From the NCBI RefSeq assembly GCF_018977255.1, contig NW_024704742.1, forward strand, positions 69,318,001 to 69,382,000: a DNA stretch of 64,000 bases, given 5' to 3'. Below the pieces are notes generated by a model that did no database searches, was not told the origin of the DNA, and saw only the letters and a list, made by a program, of their open reading frames with translations. The position numbers and the translations under genes are program-made. The DNA is from Callorhinchus milii (Eukaryota). This document shows, in pieces, positions 10,770-23,680 of this stretch (the first letter of the stretch is position 1; every line of letters starts with the position of its first letter).

Positions 10770-13700
10770 CCCTGAACTCCTGAACTCCGTCCCTCTTCCC
10801 CTTTGTCCGGACCACCCGCCCTACTCTAATCCCACTTGAAAATCTACCTCGTCGACCTGCCTACATCACCTCCCCTTGATCCTTCCCCTTTGGTCTGCCC
10901 ACTATCTCTGTGAAGTGCTCAGAGAGGTTAATTTGAATTTCTCATCTTGAACTCACTGGGACTATAAGATTGTGCCACTCTCCCCACGATAACCCACGCC
11001 AGTGGGTTAACCATGCCTCGCTGCCCCCCTCCCCACCCATTCGCTCTTGGTCTTGGTGTACAAATTTTCACTGCTGCCAGTGACTCAAGCAGCTTCCCCA
11101 AAATGCTCTACCCTGCATTACTTCTGCGGTCCTCTCCCACCGCCCTCCCCAACTCCTATCCCTGCTCGATTGTCCGCAGCCTCCCTCTGCTCCACCCTGC
11201 GAATCCTCCATTGGGCCCACCGTGGCAGATGCTGCTGGCTGTCTAACACCAAACACTCTGACTGCCCTATGCCCCAGTCTCGCCGCAAAGGCCATCGGGC
11301 CCTGATCCCCGGGGCCAACCTCTCCTCCCTCATCCACAGCCCCACCCACCCTGTCAGTCCTTCCCCTCCCCCCCTTGACCCCACATTCTGCCACCAACTG
11401 TCCCCTCTGCATCGGCCAACAAAATGTCTGCTCCCTCTCCAATAAAACACTCACCATCCAAGATCTCATTGTCGACAATAACATCGACATTTTCGCCATC
11501 ACCGAAAATGGGATCACTCCAGGCGACACCTTCCCCTGATAGAGACCAAACCACACAGCTACATCTTCCATCATACCCCACATCTTCTCTCTCCCTTCTG
11601 CTCTGAACATGTCCTCATCTTAGGCGAATTAAACCTTCATTTCAACCCCTCCTGCTATACCTCTGCTGAATTCTCCTCCCTTATCTCCTCCCTCAACTTC
11701 TCCTCCACATCCACTCTGCAACCCATGTCCACAGTCACCCCCTCAACCTGCCTTGGAGTCATCTGAACCTCTGGGCTTCCTCCTGCAATGACCTATCCTC
11801 CTTGGTCACTCTTCTCCACAACTCTTTCTCCACCCCTCTCGATTCCCTTGCCCCCCTTACTTCCCAAACCATCTCCTATTCACAAAAGTCATTATGGTAC
11901 ATCAGCCACCTCCACTCCCTGAAAGCACAGGTGCATGCCGCTGAATGCATCTGGCTTGAATCAAGCTTAATGGTGCATCAGCAGATCTGGCTGGATGTTA
12001 TCATCTCTTATCGCTCCTCCTTTAAATCGTCGTTCTAACTCCAAAACAATCTTGGAGGCCAAGGACAAGCCCAGGCTCCTCTTCTCCATCTCCAACCGAA
12101 TCCTATGCCCACACTCTCACGTTTCACCAATCCTCATCTCCATTGCCAACTGAGAGGCGATGCTGGACTTCCTTGAATCCAAAGTTGAGGGATCCACTCA
12201 GCTGCCTTGTCCTTCTGTCTACTACCACCTCACATTTCCCCCTCCCACTCTGGCCCCTACCCATCCCTCCCTCCACACCTTTGAAACTGTTTCCCACTCC
12301 TCTCTCACCACCAATATAACCTGCATGAAACCAACCACTTGCTATCTCGACCCCATCCCTACCCCTCTCCTTACCTTCCAGCTCCACCTCCTTGACTCTA
12401 CTCATAGACATCATAAACCTCTCCAAGTCCACTGGCACTATTCCCAGTCCTTTAAAAACGGCCATCATCACTCCTATCCTTAAAAAACCTTGACTGGACC
12501 CAACCCTGCTCTCAAACTACAGTCCCATCTCCAACCTCCCTCTCCTTTTCCAAGGTCCTAGAGGCAGTCGTTGCTTCCCAGCTTCGCTCCTTCCTCTCCT
12601 GCCACTCCCTTCTTGAACCCCTCCAATCGGGTTTCCTTGCCGTCCATAGCACAGAAACAGCCCTGGTCTAAGTGACAAATGACATTCTGTCCATCTGCAA
12701 CCAGGGCTCCCTCTGCCTGCTTCTCCTCATTGACCTCGCTGCTGCCTTCAACACCGTTGACTACTCTATCCTCATCTACCACCTCACATCTCACCTCAAC
12801 CTTCATGGCTCTGTCCTTGACTGGTTCAGACCACACCTCTCACATTGCCTCCATTTCATCTCCATAAACAATTTCTCCTCCAAGCCACTGCACAGTCTTG
12901 TGCAGCGTTCCTCAGGCTCCGTCCTTGGTCTGTCTTGCCCTGTCACTCTTCAATATCTATATGCTCCCTCTTGGTGACATCATCCGTAGATACGGGGTCA
13001 AATTCCACATGTATGCAAATGACACCCAACTCTACCTCTCCCCCTCACTCTTGACTCCAGGACCACTGCTGTCCTGACAGAATGTCTGTCAGACATCAAG
13101 TCCTGGATGAGAGTGAACTTTCTTCTGTTGAACGTCAACAAGACCGAGGCTCTCCTGATTGGCTGCTGTCAGAGCCTCCGCATTTCAGGCGCTGATAGCA
13201 TCACCATCCAAGGATGCACACTCCACCTTGCTAAGCCAGTCCGGGACCTTGGCGTCTTGTTTGACCCTCAACTATCCTTTCTCTCCCACATCCAAGCCAT
13301 GACCCGCTCTGCCTTTCCTCACCTCTTCAACATCGCCTGGCTCCACCGCAGGACGCTGAAACCCTCACACATGCATTCAGAACATCCAGGCTTTACTATG
13401 CAAACTCACTGCTTATTGGCCTCCCCAACTCCTCCCTCCATAGGCTGCAGGTCATCCAGAACTCTGAAGCCGGTGTCCTCTCCCGTACCAGGCTCTGTGA
13501 CCTTATCACCCCCATCCTTGCTTGACTCCGCTGGCTTCCCATCACTCAGAGGATACAATTCAAATTCCTGGTCCTCACCTTCAAACCCTTATATGGCCTT
13601 GCATCACCCTACCTCTGCAACCTCCTGAGCCCCTACAATCCTTCCAGCTCCCTCCGCTCAGCGGGCTCTGGCCTTCTTCACATCCCCTGCCCACCTTTGG

Positions 13701-14795
13701 CAGGCGGGCCTTCAGCCACTCTGCCTCCACCCTCAGGAACTCCATCCAACAGTCCCTCCTCCTCACCCCCATCCTTACCTCCTTGAAGACAACAACAACA
13801 ACAACAAGATTCCATTTATTGAGCGCCTTTCACTTCGGGAAGATGTCCCAAGGTGCTGTACAGTTGGGTCAGGACCCAAGCAAGGGGGAAACGGTCAGGG
13901 TGAGGGGAGGGAAGGGAGGGAGCGAGGAGGGGGTAGAGAGTCGAGAGGGGAGCTGAAGGTACAGTCAAAGAGAAAGGTCTTGAGACCGGCCTTGAAGGAG
14001 GAAAGGGAGGAGGCGGCGAAGGCACTGGGGGACAGAGTTCCAGAGTCTTGGGGCTGAGAGGCTGAAGGCCCGACCACCGATGGTAGGGCGGTTGGGGCGG
14101 GGGATGTGGAGCAGACCGGAGCCAGAGGAACGGAGGGTACGGGCAGGTAAGTAGGGGATAGTAGGTCGGAGAGGTAGGAGGGAGCAAGGCCGTGAATGGC
14201 CTTGTAGGTGAGGATGAGGATCTTGAATTCGATCCTCTGGGGGATGGGGAGCCAGTGGAGGCGAGCGAGGGTGGGAGTGATGTGGTCCCGAAGCCTGGTG
14301 CGGGACAGTGCACGAGCTGCAGAGTTCTGAATGACCTGCAGCTTGTGGAGGGAGGGAGGTGGCGGGAAGGCCGGCGAGGAGAGAGTTCCCATAGTCCAGC
14401 CTTGAGGTGATAAAGGCGTGGACCAGAGTTTCAGCAGCGTGAGGGGTGAGGTAGTGCCGTAGTCTGGCGACATTCCGGAGGTGATGGAAGGCGGTGCCAG
14501 TTGTGGCGCGGATATGAGGGAGAAAGGACAGCTCAGGGTCGAACAGAACCCCGAGGTTCCTGACCGGCTTTGAGAGGTTGAGAGTGCAGCCTTGGATGCT
14601 GATGCTGTCAGCGCCTGACCAAGACCTATCTTAAGACCCTCCTCTTCGATGGTGCTTTCAATCATCCTGCTTCCCCCCCGCCCTCCAACCTCCCCAATCC
14701 CGACCCCCAGCTCGGGTCCGAAATACTGACTGTCCAGCCCTTTGGGATGTCCTCCCGATGTGAAAAGCGCGATACAAATGTAATTTTGTTGTTCT
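10770..14795 (+). mobile_element. Long degenerate L2 LINE (endonuclease and RT remnants), unit A; counterparts ~32350-35200 and ~48900-51575
   Basis: EN motif NVRSLSNKTLTIQDLIVDNNIDIFALTE (clearest in unit C); RT motifs [13 protein letters not shown] and YADDTQLY; L2 3' end. Confidence 0.88.
13791..14618 (-). mobile_element. Young 5'-truncated L2 insertion, only in unit A
   Basis: (CAA)n tail; AAGAC duplicated at 13786-13790 and 14621-14625; empty site in units B and C. Confidence 0.9.
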
Positions 14796-14892
14796 TTTTG
14801 TTAATCTGACGTAACGTTGTACTATACTGAAGTAGAATTGGTAGTTTTATTTTAACAGAAAGTGTTGTGCAATTAATTACACAATGTCCCTT

Positions 14893-14946
14893 TCACTTGA
14901 CCTTTTTGCTGACAGACTTGTAGACGATATCTCCATCAGTCATTGT
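14893..14946 (-). CDS. fabp1: copy 2 exon 4 (coding part)
   Basis: TTCCAG acceptor, TMTDGDIVYKSVSKKVK then TGA, AATAAA ~40 nt downstream. Confidence 0.92.
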   Translation of the reverse strand, partial: TMTDGDIVYKSVSKKVK

Positions 14947-17900
14947 CTGGAACGAGATGATAAAATAACAACAACTTGGATTTATATAACGCCCTCAACG
15001 CCAGACGGCGTCTCAGAGAGCTTCACAATAACAGATCCCGGGGCCGAGCCAGTGGGAGGGGGAGGAAGGTGACCAAAATATTATGAAGTAGTAACTGTGT
15101 ACTGTGTAGGGGAACATGACAGCCAGCTTTCATGCAGTAATGCCCCGCAAATAGTCATAAAGTCTGTGGTTTCCTGTAGCTCAGTGGTTAGAGCACTTGT
15201 TTTGCAAGCGAGAGACCTGGGTTTGATTCCCAGCAGAGTGAAACCTTGGGGAAGTTTCCTTGCTCCATTACTTATTCTGCCTGATAATAATCCCTCAAGA
15301 AAAAAAAACAATAATAGAAGACGTGAAAAGCGCTATATCAAATGCAAGAATTATTATTATTATTATAAAGTCAATGACCGATTTTATCTGGGGCATTGTG
15401 GGCCATGACAGCAGGAGAGAGAAACTCTCTTCTCTTTTCCAATAATGCCATAGGATCTTTAACATCCACCGGTAGGTGGGACCTCAGTTTAGTGTCAGCC
15501 TGGCTCAGTGGTAACACTCTCACCTCAATTTTCTTTGGTGGGAAGGGATTATTACTTTCGGAAAGCGATACGACTAACAACGGGGTCCCTAATTACTGTG
15601 AGGTAAACAGAAGCATGTAGGGTATGGAAACTTGCCTAAGTTTTCGCCCTACCCAGGAATCAAACACAGGTCCTCTCGGTTGCGAGGCGAGTGTGTTACC
15701 CATTACACTATGGGATTTCAGAATTTCTTGGAGATGTCCTTCTGATGTGATAAGGCGCTATACCAAACGCAAGGATTATTATTAACGTATCATTAGAAAG
15801 ACAGCGACTCTGACAATGTAGTACTGCCCCCAGCACTGGACTGGAGCATCAGCCTAGACTGGCAGCTCAAAGTCCCAAAAGTGCAACTTGAACCCACAAC
15901 CTTCTGACTCAACAACGACAACAAATAACACTGCATATCGGAAAGACATCCCAGGATGCTGGAAAGAAAGAGTGCTGCTGCCTTTCACATTGGCAGCATG
16001 TCCCAAAGCACTTGTGACTGGGCACCCAAGACAGGAGTAGGAGACAAGCTCGGGTGGGTGGAGGTGTGGGGGTGGGTGGGCGGGATGGGGCGGTGTATGA
16101 GTCCGAAAGCACAGTTCAATAGGAAAGACGGCTTCAAAAAGTAAAGCTGATTTTAAAATACTAACAAATTTGGGACGCTGTGAAATGTCAAAAATATCAG
16201 AGGAAATCTAGACCCAGGAGGATTCCCCACCACCCCACCCGTACTCTCCCCCCTCCCCCACCCTATGGGCTATAAGACTGAGACGACGTGGAATTTCAGG
16301 CCATGACTCAGCTCCCGAAGTGCCTCCCATTGGAACCTAATCTTTCCAATGTTTGAGGGCTGATGTATTCCACAGACTTGGCATTGCACACACTGACAAT
16401 CAGCCACGAGGAGCTGAGCAAAGGCTCACCAGGAGTCCTGCTCCCCAACCTCATCCACGTCCATCCAACTTTCCCCAGCCATTCCTCTCAACAGCAACTT
16501 ACACTAATCAATTTGTTCCCTTTCAGCTCGGTGACAGTCTTCACGTTGTCCATTTGTCCGATCAGTCTAGTGGGTCCATCAGAGTTGACCGTTACCTTGG
16601 TGAGGAATATAGAGCTCAGTCATTCATGTGTTCATATGGCTTCAGGAGAGGCCACTTCAATACACTGAGGAAGATCTATTTTGGTTGACTGCCTGACCAG
16701 TGGTAGCGCTCTCGCCTCTGGGTCAGGAGGTTGTGGGTTCAAGCATATCGGGACCACTTTACACTGCGAAGCGCTTTGAGACGTCTCGATGATGTGCTAA
16801 GGCACTATATCAAATGCAAGGATTATTATAAAATACACAGTCACAACACTTTACCAGTCCTGGACATTGAGCTACAGGACTCCACGAGTTCCAATGCACT
16901 TTTCTCCCAGTGTCCTTGTCAACAAATCCCAAATAAAATTGGTCATTTACTTCATGGCTGTTTGTGGGACACTGTTGTGCACAAACTGGCTGCAGCGTTT
17001 CGCCCACAAAATATACAGTCAAAACCACTTTACACTGCGAAGCGCTTTGACACGTCTCGATGATGTGCTAATGCACTGTATTAAAAGCAAGGATTATTAC
17101 AAAGTACACAGACATTACACTTTACCTGTCCTGGACAATAATCCTGACCCATAAAATTCATCGTTAACTTGTGGGACATTGCTGTGGGCACATTGAATGC
17201 AACTACACTTTCCAGTAACAGTACAGTTGAAGCGCTTTGAGAGGACTTGATGACTTGGAATTGTTCAACATCAAATATAAGGAATATTATTTATTATTTG
17301 TATTATTTATCCCCACTTCCCCATCCACCTTGGTACAGATCTGTTTGAGGTCTATAAGTTCACCTGGTCTCAGCCTTAACACAACTATGCAACGCTTCAT
17401 CATTTTGTTTCGTTACAATAACATTTCATAATGTTTCTCAGGTGTCAATCTGGCTCAGTCGATTGCGCTCTCGCCCCTGATTCAGAAGGTTGTGGGCTCA
17501 AGTCCCAAACTAGCTCCATTTGGAACTCCTGTAGTTTAGGCTAACACTCCAATGCAGTGCTGGGGGAAAGCTGCATTAACAGAGGTGCCGTCATTCGGAT
17601 GAGACAAGGTACCCTCTGCCTGTTCAGGCGGATGTTAAAGATCCCGTGGCACTACTGAAAAAGAGAAGAGAGTTTCTCACAATGTCCTGATCGACAATCC
17701 TCCAGTTAAATCAGTCAGTCAATTGTTTGTGGGAAATTGCTATGTGCAAAACTGGCTGCCACTTTCGCCTGCAAAATACACAGTGACAGTAAAATCCTTT
17801 GAAGCACTTTGAGATGTCTTGATGACAGGATAAAGTGCTGAATCAAATGCAACAACAACAACAAGATTCCATTTATAAAGCGCCTTTCACGTCAGGAGGA

Positions 17901-20900
17901 CGTCCCAAGGCGCTGCACAGTTGGGTCATGACCCGAGCAGGGGGGAAATGGTCAGGGTGAGGGGAGGGAAGGGAGGGAGCGAGGAGGGGGGAAATGGTCA
18001 GGGTGAGGGGAGGGAAGGGAGGGGGCGAGGAGGGGGGAAATGGTCAGGGTGAGGGGAGGGAAGGGAGGGAGCGAGGAGGGGGAAGAGAGTCGAGAGGGGA
18101 GCTGAAGGCTCGGTCAAAGAGAAAGGTTTTGAGACCGGCCTTGAAGGAGGAAAGGGAGGAGGCGGCGAAGGCACTGGGGATAGAGTTCCAGAGCCTCGGG
18201 GCTGAGAGGCTGAAGGCCCGACCACCGATGGTAGGGCGGTTGGGGCGGGGGACGTGGAGCAGACCGGAGCCAGAGGAACGGAGGGTACGGGCAGGTAGGT
18301 AGGGGATAGTAGGTCAGAGAGGTAGGAGGGAGCGAGGCCGTGAATGGCCTTGTAGGTGAGGATGAGGATCTTGAAATCAATCCTCTGGAGGATGGGGAGC
18401 CAGTGGAGGCGAGCGAGGGTGGGAGTGATGTGGTCCCGAAGCCTGGTGCGGGACAGTACACGAGCTGCAGAGTTCTGAATGACCTGCAGCTTGTGGAGGG
18501 AGTGGCGGGAAGGCCGGCGAGGAGAGAGTTCCCATAGTCCAGCCTTGAGGTGACAAAGGCGTGAACCAGGGTTTCAGCAGCGTGAGGGGTGAGGTAGTGC
18601 CGTAGTCTGGCGATATTCCGGAGGTGATGGAAGGCGGTGCCAGTTGTGGTGCGGATGTGAGGGAGAAAGGACAGCTCAGGGTCGAACAAAACGCCGAGGT
18701 TCCTGACTGGCTTTGAGAGGTGGAGAGTGCAGCCTTGGATGCTGATGGTGTCAGCGCCTGAGGTGCAAGGATTATTATTAACCAAAACGGGGTGACATGA
18801 AGCTGACATGTAGATTTGGTTCTATGATTTTTAAGGATTACTCTGAATAAGACCAGAGAGAAACCTTATAACAACACAACAGGATATATTTAGTGCCTTC
18901 ATACAGAGTAGCTCGGAACGTTTAACAGTGGTGGAGCCTAACACCGAGGCAGGTGAGAGAGGAGGTGACTGTAAGTATGGTTAAACAAGAGCCCATCCTA
19001 ACAAATAACATAGAGAGGGTTACAGAGAGCGAGAAGTGAGAGAGACGTGACAAAGACTTCAGGAAGGAAAGGGAGTTTGATTACAGAAAAAAGATAATAA
19101 AAACTATGCGTAGTCCTGTGATTTTTTTAAAAGATTGCGTGCAGAAGTGATGTCAGTAAACCCACACTAACTCAGTAGGCCCTTCACATTTTTCCTCGCC
19201 ACTGGCTCCCTGTCATAGAACAAATCGATTTCCAGATCCTCTCACTCATCTACAAATCCCTTCACACTCTGAGACCTCCTTACCTTTATGATTTGCTTTC
19301 TCTCCACTAGCTCTGGCCTCCTGCTCATCCTTCGTCCCCTCTGCTCCACCATCAGCAGCCGTGCTTTCAGCCACTGCACACCAAAGCTTTGGAACTCTAT
19401 CCCGCAATCCCTCCACCTTGCCCCCTCTTTCTCCTCTTTTAGATCATGACTGAAGACTTTCCTCTTTGACTGAGTTTAAGGTCACCACCTCCCTCCCCCC
19501 GGCTCAATGTCATGCTCCGCCATTGTTTAAGCGCTCTGAGACATTGCCCTGTGTGAAGAGCGCTGTGTAAATTCAAGTTCTTGTCATGCATTTAATTTTT
19601 AGCTGTTGGTATGGGAGGAGATTTTGAAATGCCATCTCCATACCTCGCCTCTCACTAGCCAAATGACTATCTTCTGTGCTGTGAATATCTATGGCTGTAT
19701 GAAGCATGGCGTGCCCTGGCATCAAGTCTCAGATGAATGTTTGGAGTCACGTGATTGAGGTAAGTTACCTTGAACTTTTTTCCAGTGAAGGTATGAATCA
19801 TTGCCTCTTTCCCCAGAGTAAACTCGTTGACGTGTTGCGTATTGCTTAATGAGGTGATCATTTTGAAATGGTCGCCTTCTTGGATGATATTGGTCACCCA
19901 GCCAATGGCCTTAGTTTGCTCAATGTCTTCATTTGTGAGACCTAGAAATAAACAGATCATCATTTCAAATGGTCAATTGTACCTATTTACCTAAGTCCAT
20001 ATTAACCTGTCTGCTTCCTCCCACCATCGGCGGTGAGGCCAACTGCGTCTCTGCCCCCACCCTTTGGAACTCCTCCCCAAGGTCCCTTCACCTCACTCCC
20101 TCCCTTGCCTCCTTCAAGGCAAGTTTCAAGATCTTCTTCGACCCCGCCTTCAGTCACCCTCCTGCCCGACCCTCCCTACCTTCCAACCGTCCTGATCCCA
20201 ACTCCCTGCTCAGGTCCAAAACCTTGACTAACCAGCGCCTTAGAATGCCCTCTTGACGTGAAAGGTGCTATAAAAATGTAATTTGTTGTTATTGTATTTA
20301 TTTGTGGATTTCTTAACACAACAATTAAGGACTTTTTCCAATGGAGCAGAATAAATATTATTACATTTACATATTTACGTTTAAATATTACATTTGATAC
20401 AGCGCCTTTTCACGTTGTTACAAAATCTCAAAATACTAAATAATAATTCTTGCATTTGATGTAGCATCTTAGCATGTCGTTGAGATGTCTCAAAGTGCTT
20501 TACAGGAAATCCACAAGATTAGGGCCCATGGAATTAAGGGGAATATATTAACATGGATTGAAGAATGGCTGACGGGAAGAAACCAAAGAGTATGGATAAA
20601 TGGATCCTTCTGAGATTGGCGGGATGTGACTAGTGGAATGCCACAAGGATCAGTGCTTGGGCCTCAACTATTTACAATCCACATCAACGATCTAGATGAG
20701 GACATCGAACTTAATATATCTAAATTCGCGGATGACACTAAACTAGCAGGGAGACTAAACACCGAGGATGACATTAGAAAAAGGCAACGAGATATAGATA
20801 GGTTAGGTGAGTGGGCAAATAGGTGGCAGATGAAGTATAATGTAGGGAAGTGTGAATTCATCCACCTCGGTGAGAAAAACAGAAGAGCAGATTATTTTTT

Positions 20901-23680
20901 AGAAGGGGAGTGACGAGATAGTGTTAGCGTTCAGAGGGACTTGGGTGTCCTTGTACACCAGTCACAAAAGTTATTTTACAGGTATAGCAAGCAATCAGGA
21001 AGGCTAACAGTATGTTGGCATTTGTTACAAAAGGGTTAGAATATAAGATTAGGGTAGTTTTGCTGCAACTGTACAAGGCCCTGGTGAGAGCACACCTGTG
21101 TGTGCAGTTTTGGTCTCCTTATTTAAGAAAGGACGTACTTGCCTTGGAGGAGTTACAATGTAGATTCATTAGGTTGGTACCAGGGATGAGGTCGATGAGT
21201 TATGAGGATAGGTTGAGTAATTTAGGCCTATATTCTCTGGAATATAGAAGAATGAGAGGTGATCTTATAGAAACCTATAAGATTATTAAGGTGCATGACA
21301 GAATAGATAGTGGGAGACTTTTTCCCTGGTTGGAGAAACTATAACAGACTGTGAAGGTATGAATCATTGCCTCTTTCCCCAGAGTAAACTCGTTGACGTG
21401 TTGCGTCACAGTCTTAAAATTCGGGGTAAGCCCTTTCGCACTGACTTGAGGAAAAACTTCTTCACTCAGAGGGTAGTGCATTTATGGAATTCTCTACCCC
21501 AAAGGGCTGTAGATTCTCAGTCCTTGAACGTATTCAAGACTGAGATTGATAGATTTCTTCTGGATAAAAAGATTAAGCGATATGGGGATAAGGCGGGTGG
21601 GTGGAGTTAGAATAGATCAGCCATGATCTTATTGAAAGGCGGGGCAGGCTAGAGGGGCCGAATGGTCTACTCCTGCTGCTAATTCTTATGTTCTTATGAT
21701 ATACTGTAAAGTGAAGTGACTGTGTGTTTTTGTGGGTGAATGTGGCAGACAATTTGCACTCAGCAACATCCCACAAAGAGCCATGAAGTGAGTAATCAAT
21801 TATATTTGCGGGATTGTCGGTCAGGACCCCAGGAGAGAGAAACTCCTTTCTCTTTTTGGTTAGTGCCATGGGACCATTAACATCCACCTGAACAGGCAAA
21901 GGGGACCTTGGTTTAACATCTCATTTGAAGGATGGAACCCCAGCATTCCATTTGAGTTTCAGGCTAGGCTATATGGGTTTCAAGTCCTAATGTAGGACTT
22001 CAAGCCACAACCTTCTGACTGAAAGTAGATAGTGCTACCAATTGAGCCAGGCTGATGCTTCAGAAGGGATTGATAGTGCTTTGCTGGAGCACCACAAAAC
22101 TGCCAAACAGGGCAACAAATATCCTTCAGTTTGGTGGTGGGCAGCTGGTGGGGGCACAGTTGCAAGATTGCTGATATGCTGGATTGTCAGATGAAATGTT
22201 AAACAAAGATCCATCTATTCCTGTTCAAATCCCTTCATGCTCTGGCACCTTCCTACCTCTCCAACCTGCTTACTCCTGAACCCACTACCCGTTGCTTCCA
22301 CTCGACTGGCTCTGGCCTCCTGCTTGACCATCGGTGGCTGTACTTTCAGCCACTTTGCCCCGTCCTTCCCCATCTTCAGGTTCCGCCTGAAGACTCTTAG
22401 ACTCTTCAGCTGTGCCTAGGGTCACCTGCCCATGAGCTCAGTGTCATGCTTTACCACTGTCAAGTGCTCTGGGATGCTATATAAATGCAAATTGTTATTG
22501 TTAATGGTAAGGATCCCATGGTGCTATTCGTAAAGAGAAGGTGCAAACAATCCCCAGATAAAATTGATTACTCACTCCATGGCTGTTTGCGAAACCGGGA
22601 GGTAAAGACTTGTGTTGTTTGGATGGGTTGGGTTGTTTTGCCCTTCTCTGGGCTGGATTTGGTTCTGTTTGGTTGGTTCCTGGTCTAGATTTCATAACAC
22701 TGGGTTGGGTTACTGCCCCCCCCCAACCCGCCTCACCCACAAACACACCCCAACACACACACATACTATTTTTACTAATTTGCCCACTGTATAATTCATT
22801 GCACACGACGTATCTGTTCTGCAATATCCAATGCATATATCTACGTTAGTCTCACATTTTTAAATATAGCAGTTGCTCTGTGTATGTTCTTAAACTCAGA
22901 TCAACAATGATCCAGGATAGATTGAATGCCATCGCAATCCTATCTATTGCGCACGGTTTGACACATTCATTAAGTTTTGATCAAACCCTGGGTTTGCTGA
23001 TTCCTAACGGGTAGTGTGGTCCCAGCTGGACAAGCAGCGGTAAAGCTTGCCAGACAGTTCTCTCAATGGCAAGCTGTGCAGCTTTAACTGGTTAAACTTC
23101 AGCAGGTACCCCATCACACGCTCTTGGGTCCTCAAGCCTTGGATCTTGTCAGAGGATGCCTGGTACTCTTCGGAATTAGATAAGCGGCATTCAGCTCTCC
23201 AAGGAAATAGTGTACATTCCATTCTAATACATGAGAATTTCCACGTGTAGAAGGGATGCATGGAATATTGCTATGTATTTTATAGTTGAGCATAAGTAGC
23301 CAATTTGCGCACAACAATGTCCCACAAACAGCCGTGAAATGAAGTGTCACATCAAACGTTGCAGTGCTCCCCCCTCCCCCCCAACACTGCAGCCAATACA
23401 CCCTGAAATTCTGGAACACTCTCTCTCAATCCTTCCACCTTGTCCCCTCCTTCCCCATCTTCAAGTTGCGCCTGATGACCTTCCTCTTCGACCTAGGGTC
23501 AACCCCCCTTTCCCCCGGCTCGGTGTTGTGCTCCACCACTGTCAAGCGCTCTGGGACCCTGCATGAGGGGAGCTATATAAATGCAAGTTGTTGTCGTCAG
23601 CCCAGACACTCACCAATAGCTCTCATAAATGGTTCAAAGTTCTCCTGACTCTCTAGTTCATACTGCCCAGTGAAGGCCAT
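14893..23680 (-). CDS. fabp1: FABP1-like fatty acid-binding protein, copy 2, 4 exons, 128 aa, intact
   Basis: Exons 23680-23614, 19941-19769, 16595-16503, 14946-14893 (67/173/93/54 nt), all GT-AG. Protein MAFTGQYELESQENFEPFMRAIGLTNEDIEQTKAIGWVTNIIQEGDHFKMITSLSNTQHVNEFTLGKEAMIHTFTGKKFKVTVNSDGPTRLIGQMDNVKTVTELKGNKLISTMTDGDIVYKSVSKKVK. Gap-free against recalled human FABP1. AATAAA at 14846-14851 (minus). Confidence 0.93.
15168..15367 (+). mobile_element. Internally deleted tRNA-derived SINE in intron 3 (also ~35582-35768, ~51944-52146)
   Basis: A/B boxes and (ATT)n tail. Confidence 0.8.
16503..16595 (-). CDS. fabp1: copy 2 exon 3
   Basis: CCAAG acceptor, GTAAGT donor, 93 nt, VTVNSDGPTRLIGQMDNVKTVTELKGNKLIS. 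Confidence 0.92.
17448..17850 (+). mobile_element. Older DeuSINE/AmnSINE-like SINE (related copies e.g. 570-925 minus, 4315-4530, 54588-55000)
   Basis: TGGCTCAGT..CTCTCGCC..TCAGAAGGTTGTGGG head and CCTGTTCAGGYGGATGTTAAAGATCCC core; family name recalled, not searched. Confidence 0.65.
17853..18761 (-). mobile_element. Young 5'-truncated L2 insertion in intron 2 of copy 2
   Basis: (CAA)n tail; TGCAA duplicated; empty site at ~54987 in copy 4; RLDYGNSLLAGLP motif. Confidence 0.9.
17941..18083. repeat. Three tandem copies of a ~45-bp G-rich unit in the L2 3' UTR
   Basis: GGGGAAATGGTCAGGGTGAGGGGAGGGAAGGGAGGG.GCGAGGA x3; single copy in the sister element at ~13885-13930. Confidence 0.85.
19769..19941 (-). 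CDS. fabp1: copy 2 exon 2
   Basis: TTTCTAG acceptor, GTAACT donor, 173 nt, encodes ...NEFTLGKE...TFTGKKFK. Confidence 0.93.
20505..21698 (+). mobile_element. CR1 LINE, 5'-truncated and degenerate, intron 1 of copy 2
   Basis: RT motifs SGMPQGSVLGP and KFADDTKL; stops and frameshifts; TTCTTATG tail. Confidence 0.92.
23614..23680 (-). CDS. fabp1: copy 2 exon 1
   Basis: ATG to phase-1 G, GTGAGT donor, 67 nt. Confidence 0.93.

Noticed and set aside
13895..14665. 256-aa ORF and other long ORFs (18114-18809, 4780-5457, 28162-28770, 46053-46595)
   Set aside because: Frameshifted, truncated L2 ORF2 fragments or their alternate frames; not host genes.
19667..19963. Single-exon 98-aa ORF (also 38356-38715, 55890-56183, 63616-63825)
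   Set aside because: These are FABP exons read through into introns; true boundaries are set by the splice sites.
21351..21406. Extra coding exon in intron 1 of copy 2
   Set aside because: It is an internal exon fragment copied without its native splice sites.
20626..21610. Reverse transcriptase ORFs as an active element or novel RT system
   Set aside because: Ordinary decayed CR1 with stops and frameshifts.
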